64,000 bases of DNA from Mycoplasmatota bacterium (GTDB taxonomy: Bacteria > Bacillota_I > Bacilli_A > MAG-NZ): assembly GCA_018394315.1 (NCBI GenBank), contig CP074575.1, positions 1,644,615 to 1,708,614 on the forward strand. Reading direction: 5' to 3'. The first letter of the stretch is position 1; every line of letters starts with the position of its first letter. Below are positions 58,604 through 64,000 of the stretch, piece by piece. Below the pieces are notes generated by a model that did not search any database, was not told the DNA's origin, and worked only from the letters and a program-made list of their open reading frames with translations. A program made the translations under genes and the position numbers.

Positions 58604-59853
58604 TATTCTCCCTCCTTATTAGTTAAAAGGAAAATAGTATCTTCTTTAATTCTACTTGCTGCACTCATAATATCTTCTCTAGTGATATTTTCGATAGTTT
58701 CAATCATAGTTTCTATACCAAATTCTCTACCGATGAGAATATCTTGATAAGCCTTACTTATTAGTGTAGCTTGTCGATCCATCATTTCTAAAATGTCATT
58801 TACTAGAGATTTCTTGACATTATGTAATAGTTGATCGGAAAAATCTCCTTTTTTTAGTTTCTCTATCTGTTCGCTTATTATTTTATAAGCATTCTCATAA
58901 GTATCTGCATTTATTCCAGAATAAAGATGGATAACACCTTTATATGGATTATACACACTTCTTATGTAGTAACATAATGAATGTTCTTCTCTTACGGTCT
59001 GAAATAACATACTATTGGGAGCACTACCTAATAGGGAGTTTCCAACTACCATTGCATAGTATAGTTCATCATTAAATCTGATTTCAGTACGATAACCTAT
59101 ATTTAATTTTGCTTGATTAACGTCCTGAATTTCTTTATATTCTTCAGTTTTATGAATATCTTTTGTTTCTAAATCTAAACAAGATACAATCTCTTTGTTA
59201 GAAAATGAAAAATCTTCAAATGGAGCTAAATTATTAAACTTACCTGCAACAATAACATCAACCTTATCATTTTCTATCATATATTTATATTCTTCATATA
59301 AATTCTCGGGTGTAATTGAATCTAAATCTTTCTTATATCCAATTGCTTTAATCTTCATTTTTTCATTTTCATACATGTATTCCTTCATTTTGTCTAATGC
59401 ATAACCAGTTTTATCATCATTTAGTGAATCTATGTTTTCATTTAATAAACGTTTTTCTTCAAGTAGTTTCTCTTTATCAAATCCTTCATCAATGATTAAT
59501 GGTTTGAAAACTACTTCTTTGAAGAGGTCGATTACTTTTGGTAACATTTCCTCTCCTATGTATTCTTCATTGATATAGTTAATACTAATACTTATAATGC
59601 TTAAATTACCGACTTTTGACATGCTTAAGCTAATAGACGCATCATAAAGTTCTTCTAAATACATTACGAGTTCACGTTTAGTTTTATATTTCTTACACCC
59701 AGAATAGAGAATAGAAGGTAATAATGCTCTTTTAGTAATATTTTCTCTTTTGAGCTCAGAAGTAAATTTGATTGAAATTGTATTAGTTTTAAACTTGTCA
59801 GTTTCAATCATATGGATATCATAGCCATAATCTTTATTCAATATATATTTCAT
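58603..59853 (-). CDS. M16 family YmfF-like (non-catalytic partner)
   Basis: 'TDKFKT', 'QAKLNIGY', 'SMLFQTVREEHSLCYY'; no HxxEH. Confidence 0.88.
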   Translation of the reverse strand: MKYILNKDYGYDIHMIETDKFKTNTISIKFTSELKRENITKRALLPSILYSGCKKYKTKRELVMYLEELYDASISLSMSKVGNLSIISISINYINEEYIGEEMLPKVIDLFKEVVFKPLIIDEGFDKEKLLEEKRLLNENIDSLNDDKTGYALDKMKEYMYENEKMKIKAIGYKKDLDSITPENLYEEYKYMIENDKVDVIVAGKFNNLAPFEDFSFSNKEIVSCLDLETKDIHKTEEYKEIQDVNQAKLNIGYRTEIRFNDELYYAMVVGNSLLGSAPNSMLFQTVREEHSLCYYIRSVYNPYKGVIHLYSGINADTYENAYKIISEQIEKLKKGDFSDQLLHNVKKSLVNDILEMMDRQATLISKAYQDILIGREFGIETMIETIENITREDIMSAASRIKEDTIFLLTNKEGE

Positions 59854-59972
59854 ATGTCACCTCTAATAATAGTATTCTTATAAACGGTCATATAATTCAG
59901 TTTTACAATTATTACCAGTAGTTCTACATTTTTTTAGGGACTTTCTTTAGAAAGCCCCTTAATTAATATAAT

Positions 59973-60689
59973 TTATTCAGCCATTTCTAATGCGATTTTC
60001 ATCATATTAGTAAATGCATTCTCTCTTTCTGAAGATGTTGTAACTTCATGTGTTACTAAATTATCAGAAATAGTAAGTAAACATGCTGCTTTTTTTCCAG
60101 TTACATTTGCATTATGGAATAACGCAAAAGATTCCATTTCAACACATGTAGCACCAGTTTTCTCAAGAATGTCAATATACTCAGTAAAATCTTCTCTATA
60201 AAACACATCAGACGAGTGAATTCTCTCTTTTCTAATATTAACATTCAAATCTTCAGAAATTTTTTCAAGTTTTTTGTTCAGTTCTGGGTTGGCTTTTAGA
60301 ATTTGTAGTTCCTCTCCATTTTGCGTTTTTGCATATGTACTCTCACTCCAACAATCTTCAACTAATACCACTTGATACAAATCTAGTTCCTTAATATAAG
60401 ATCCACTTGAACCAATTCTAATGATATTTTCTACATCGTAAAACTTATATAGTTCGTATGAGTAAATACCGATACTTGGCATACCCATGCCTGAACCCAT
60501 AACAGATATTTTTCTTCCTTTATAAGTACCTGTAAAACCTAACATACCTCGTACAGTATTAAACTGTTCAATATCTGTCAAGAATTTTTCAGCAATAAAT
60601 TTAGCTCTTAGTGGGTCACCTGGCATTAATACGGTTTTTGCAATTTTATTTTTATCTTTCACCTCAATGTGAGCAGTTGGTATAGTCAT
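59973..60689 (-). CDS. deoD: Purine nucleoside phosphorylase DeoD
   Basis: MPGDPLRA, GSGMGMPSIGIY, IIRIGS, VEMES. Confidence 0.97.
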   Translation of the reverse strand: MTIPTAHIEVKDKNKIAKTVLMPGDPLRAKFIAEKFLTDIEQFNTVRGMLGFTGTYKGRKISVMGSGMGMPSIGIYSYELYKFYDVENIIRIGSSGSYIKELDLYQVVLVEDCWSESTYAKTQNGEELQILKANPELNKKLEKISEDLNVNIRKERIHSSDVFYREDFTEYIDILEKTGATCVEMESFALFHNANVTGKKAACLLTISDNLVTHEVTTSSERENAFTNMMKIALEMAE

Positions 60690-60699
60690 AATTCCTCCT

Positions 60700-60714
60700 A
60701 ATAATCGTTTTCAT
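60700..60714 (-). promoter_or_regulatory. cre-like site just upstream of the deoD SD
   Basis: ATGAAAACGATTATT on the minus strand resembles WTGNAANCGNWNNCW. Confidence 0.35.
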
Positions 60715-60777
60715 TTTTTATCCAATTAACTTATTTTAGCATCTCTAGATAGCCTTAAATTAAACAGGTCTTTAAAC

Positions 60778-61662
60778 TTATTCTCTTGATGTATCCCTTT
60801 TCTCAATAATATCCATCAAAGATATAATTTCAAAATCATCTTCAGAGATTACTAGTTTTCTTATTTTATTTTGTACCTTCTTTGCTTTTCTTATAAAAGA
60901 TCCAGGTTTCAATACCTTAGTTCCTTCTACAAAGTTAGGTAGCATTGCTAAGAATCTATTTATTTTTGGCAATATATCTTTTGCAGAAACAATTGATGTT
61001 AATTCAGTCTCTTCAAATATCACATGTACATAATCAATATATTTTGGAAATACAGTTGGTCTTGTAATATCCCAAACTACTGATAATGCCAGTTCATCAG
61101 TTTCTAAATTGCGCATCACAATGTATTTATTTACATCAATTTCTCCATTAAAATATTCACTTAACAATTCACTATCAATTTGATAAGTGCATAATTCATT
61201 AAGTTTATTTGAATCAATAAGAAATTTACCTCTAGTTCTTGTGATTTCCTCAAAGGCTAAAGTTCTATCTCTATAGTCCAATAATTTTTCAAATATTTCA
61301 TCTTTATCAAACGGCATAATGTCTTGATTTAAATCCATATAGTAATATAAATCAAACATTTTTGCCAATTGATTTATTATGGTTAATATTTCATTTAGAT
61401 AGAAATTAGAAATTATTAATGGAAATTCAACAAATAAATTGATATTTGTAAATCCTGGATTTAGTGTATAAATGTTAGGTATAACATTATGTTTACTAAA
61501 AACAAAACTAGCCTTATTCTCTAATATTTTATTTTCGTATCTAAAAGATATATATTTTGCGTGTTGTGAATAGATAAAATCTTCTTCATCAAAAAACTCA
61601 TATACCCTTTTAAGAGAAATAGTACTTCTCCTATCCGAAAAAAAATGTATTCTATAATTCAT
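60778..61662 (-). CDS. Hypothetical protein
   Basis: 294-aa ORF with SD GGTGA, operon-like spacing with the upstream flavoprotein gene; no recognised motif. Confidence 0.8.
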   Translation of the reverse strand: MNYRIHFFSDRRSTISLKRVYEFFDEEDFIYSQHAKYISFRYENKILENKASFVFSKHNVIPNIYTLNPGFTNINLFVEFPLIISNFYLNEILTIINQLAKMFDLYYYMDLNQDIMPFDKDEIFEKLLDYRDRTLAFEEITRTRGKFLIDSNKLNELCTYQIDSELLSEYFNGEIDVNKYIVMRNLETDELALSVVWDITRPTVFPKYIDYVHVIFEETELTSIVSAKDILPKINRFLAMLPNFVEGTKVLKPGSFIRKAKKVQNKIRKLVISEDDFEIISLMDIIEKRDTSRE

Positions 61663-61679
61663 AGTATCACCATAATCCC

Positions 61680-62276
61680 CTAATATATTTTAACTGTTTC
61701 TTCTATTTTTTTCTTCTCAATCTTTGGTAAGTCATAAGAATCACCTTTATGACCAACTGCTAGAAGCAAATAAGGTACTTCATGGTCAGGTCTTTCCAAC
61801 ACATCTTTTAAGAACTTCATCTTGTGTGGTGTATAAGTTAAAGAAACTAATCCAACTTGATGTAAAGCAGATATAATCATTCCTGTAGCTAAACCTGTAC
61901 TTTTAGAAGCATAATATGTAGTCGAGTTATCAGTATTAGTCTTATGATAAAAAATCACTATCAGATAAGGTGCATCTGTTAAAAATGGCTTAGATATATC
62001 TATATTTAGATGTTTTAGATCATCATGCCAATTATTTAATGACTGGTTATCATAAAATTCTTTTTCGATTTCCTCAGCAGATACTCTAATCCTGCTTTTA
62101 ATGATTTCATCTTGTATGATACAAAATGTCCATGGTTGCATATTAGCTCCGCTAGGTGCTCTTAACCCAACTTTAATACAATTTATAATTACATCAATGG
62201 GGATTTCCTCATTGCTAAATTCTCGGTAAGTGCGCTTACTTTGAAATAAGTCAGCTAGTTCTTTTGATTTGTCCAT
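61680..62276 (-). CDS. Nitroreductase-superfamily flavoprotein, iodotyrosine deiodinase (IYD)-like
   Basis: R..REFS, APSGANMQPW, lid 'EEIEKEFY...W..DL..L....KPFLTDAP', 'YY', 'LTYTP', 'L.RP..E'. Confidence 0.8.
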   Translation of the reverse strand: MDKSKELADLFQSKRTYREFSNEEIPIDVIINCIKVGLRAPSGANMQPWTFCIIQDEIIKSRIRVSAEEIEKEFYDNQSLNNWHDDLKHLNIDISKPFLTDAPYLIVIFYHKTNTDNSTTYYASKSTGLATGMIISALHQVGLVSLTYTPHKMKFLKDVLERPDHEVPYLLLAVGHKGDSYDLPKIEKKKIEETVKIY

Positions 62277-62331
62277 TATTTTCCTCTATACTTTTTAATT
62301 ATAACACTTCTCTATATTAATAACAATTATA

Positions 62332-62694
62332 CTAACTAAGCTTATCTTTAATCTTTTCAAAGGTTTCTTCGCTGATAATATGTTCTATTTCACAAGCATC
62401 TTTGTCAGCAGTTTCTGATGAAACACCTAACACCTCAGAAAGGAATTGAGAAATAATTCTATGTTTTTCTATAATTTTTTCTGCTATTACCTTTCCTGCA
62501 TCATTAATAAAAATATTACCATACCTTTGATGAGTTACATATTTCATATCAACTAGTCTTTTAACAGCATCGTTAGCACTTGCTTTTGATACATTCATCC
62601 TTTTTGCTAGATCAGTTATTCTAACACCCTTTTCATTGCTAAGTATATATATATGTTCAATATAATCCTCTATCGACTGAGATAATTTAGTCAT
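62332..62694 (-). CDS. DtxR/MntR family metal-dependent regulator
   Basis: 'SIEDYIEHIY', 'VSKASAN', 'H..ISQFL...LGV....A..DACEIEH'. Confidence 0.9.
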   Translation of the reverse strand: MTKLSQSIEDYIEHIYILSNEKGVRITDLAKRMNVSKASANDAVKRLVDMKYVTHQRYGNIFINDAGKVIAEKIIEKHRIISQFLSEVLGVSSETADKDACEIEHIISEETFEKIKDKLS

Positions 62695-62776
62695 ATCAAA
62701 TTCCTCCACATTTCATTATAACATTCTAAAATATACAATTAAATACATAAATTAGCTCTTTTAATTCAAGAAAGGT

Positions 62777-63472
62777 TTATTTATTTAATAAGTCTAATTC
62801 ATCTTTAGTCAATTCTCTATACTCTGATAACTTTAATTTATCGTCTAATTGAACTCCATTAATTGAGATCCTTTTTAAATAAAGTACCTTATTTCCTATT
62901 GACTGAAACATTCTTTTTACTTGATGGAATTTTCCTTCAAAGATTGTAATAAGAACAGTCTTCTCATCTATAATTTCTATTTCTGACGGTAGACATTTGT
63001 AGCCATCATTTAATGTAATTCCTTCTTCAAAGACAGATATTTTTCTTTTATTAAATACTTTGTCTAGTTTTACCTTATATATTTTGGATATATGGTTTTT
63101 AGGAGATATTACTCTATGTGTTAGTTTACCGTCATTAGTTAATATTACCAATCCCTCAGTATCGAGATCGAGTCTACCAACTGGATGCAAATCGTACTCT
63201 TTGTAATCTTCTAATAAATCAATAATAGTTTTATGTAGATTATCTTGAGTAGCTGATACAACACCTTTAGGTTTATTTAACATTAAATATACATATTTAC
63301 GGTAGTTTAGTAAATCATTCTTATATTTGATTACATCTTCTAATTCATCAACAATATATCCAGTCTTATTAATTACCCGACCATTAACAGTGACTTTACC
63401 TGTTTTTATAATCTTTTTAGTATCACTTCTAGATCCAAAACCACACTTTGATAAAAATTTATCTAATCTCAT
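62777..63472 (-). CDS. rsuA: 16S rRNA pseudouridine synthase RsuA family
   Basis: MRLDKFL, LNKPKG, PVGRLDLDTEGL, EGKFHQVKRM. Confidence 0.88.
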   Translation of the reverse strand: MRLDKFLSKCGFGSRSDTKKIIKTGKVTVNGRVINKTGYIVDELEDVIKYKNDLLNYRKYVYLMLNKPKGVVSATQDNLHKTIIDLLEDYKEYDLHPVGRLDLDTEGLVILTNDGKLTHRVISPKNHISKIYKVKLDKVFNKRKISVFEEGITLNDGYKCLPSEIEIIDEKTVLITIFEGKFHQVKRMFQSIGNKVLYLKRISINGVQLDDKLKLSEYRELTKDELDLLNK

Positions 63473-63590
63473 TAGAAACACCTCGATTAACTATATATAA
63501 TATACCATATTTTAAGACTAAATCTTATAATAGCACTACTATTAAATATATAAAAAGAAGCTCTAACAAAAATGTTAAAGCCCCTTAGAT

Positions 63591-63788
63591 TTATCCGCCA
63601 GCTAGTAAGTGAAGAATTTTAACATCATCACCATCTTCTATGAATGTAGTAGAATACTCATCTGGATTAATGAATTCATCATTAATTTTAACTATTTTCT
63701 TTTTGTAAGTGTATTTCTTTAGTTCGATAAGTTTTGTTACTGTTAATTTTTCTTGAAACTCTTCTTCTCTATTGTTTAGGTAAAACAT
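63591..63788 (-). CDS. ThiS/MoaD family sulfur carrier
   Basis: Ubiquitin-like, 'GDDVKILHLLAGG' C-terminal GG; start at MFYL directly after the AOR stop. Confidence 0.88.
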   Translation of the reverse strand: MFYLNNREEEFQEKLTVTKLIELKKYTYKKKIVKINDEFINPDEYSTTFIEDGDDVKILHLLAGG

Positions 63789-63789
63789 A

Positions 63790-63999
63790 TTACAAATGCC
63801 TACTAACAATATCCACTAATTCAGGTAAATCCATACCTAATTCTTTTAATTTTTCTATTGTTGGAACACCATCTTTAGACCATCCTCTTCTTTTATAAAC
63901 AGCATCAGTAAGTTTTTCATATTGAGATTCTCTATATTCTCTTAAAACAGCCATTTTTTCTTCAGTTGATTTATTTGTTAGGTTATATCCAACAATTTC
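63790..63999 (-). CDS. C-terminal part of an aldehyde:ferredoxin oxidoreductase (W/Mo AOR family), truncated by the window edge
   Basis: My translation: EIVGYNLTNKSTEEKMAVLREYRESQYEKLTDAVYKRRGWSKDGVPTIEKLKELGMDLPELVDIVSRHL*; Y..RGW..GVPT..KL.ELG is the AOR C-terminal motif; not in the ORF track. Confidence 0.85.
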   Translation of the reverse strand, partial: EIVGYNLTNKSTEEKMAVLREYRESQYEKLTDAVYKRRGWSKDGVPTIEKLKELGMDLPELVDIVSRHL

Positions 64000-64000
64000 T

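Noticed and set aside
59930..59962. Hairpin after deoD as an intrinsic terminator
   Set aside because: The stem (AGGGGCTTTCT/AGAAAGTCCCT) is real, but it is followed by an A run rather than a U run on the coding strand, so termination is not supported.
1..64000. Mollicutes-type genetic code 4 (TGA = Trp), suggested by the AT richness and streamlining
   Set aside because: TGA terminates conserved genes at their expected ends (nusB, thyA, folA, dxs, spoIIAA), often in ATGA overlaps, and conserved Trp residues are encoded by TGG.
1..64000. CRISPR array, tRNA/rRNA genes, prophage or defence system
   Set aside because: No regularly spaced direct repeats, no GC-rich structural RNA blocks, and no phage, nuclease or reverse transcriptase ORFs were seen; intergenic gaps are short and mostly explained by promoters and terminators.

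Overview
AT-rich chromosomal core region of a low-GC Bacillota (Bacilli) genome using genetic code 11, with most genes on the minus strand. Gene order follows the Bacillus-type chromosome but with many genes missing. This suggests (inference) a streamlined spore-former, possibly near the Haloplasmatales/Turicibacter/Erysipelotrichales-Mollicutes branch. Contents: (i) a type IV pilus locus (pilM, pilD, major pilin, pilC, pilB, a VanW-like gene, and three divergent minor pilins; no pilT); (ii) many sporulation genes (spo0A, spoIVB, a lone spoIIIAH, spoVB, spoIVA, spoVIF-like, dacB-spmAB, spoVAC-D-E-F, spoIIAA-AB-sigF, dacF); (iii) housekeeping genes; (iv) an Asp T-box riboswitch ahead of GNAT-hisS-aspS-tcdA; (v) a Na+-pumping pyrophosphatase, a four-gene accessory insert including an AAC(6')-I-type acetyltransferase, an iodotyrosine-deiodinase-like flavoprotein, and the 3' end of an aldehyde:ferredoxin oxidoreductase. 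I saw no rRNA, tRNA, CRISPR array, IS element or prophage. The most notable observations are a pilus system with a degenerate PilD methylase domain and Glu5-less minor pilins, probable ATC/ATT start codons in two genes, a hairpin-split ribosome binding site for thyA, a stand-alone sigmaE-type spoIIIAH, and a very short SigF. All calls come from motif recognition by eye; no database searches were run.
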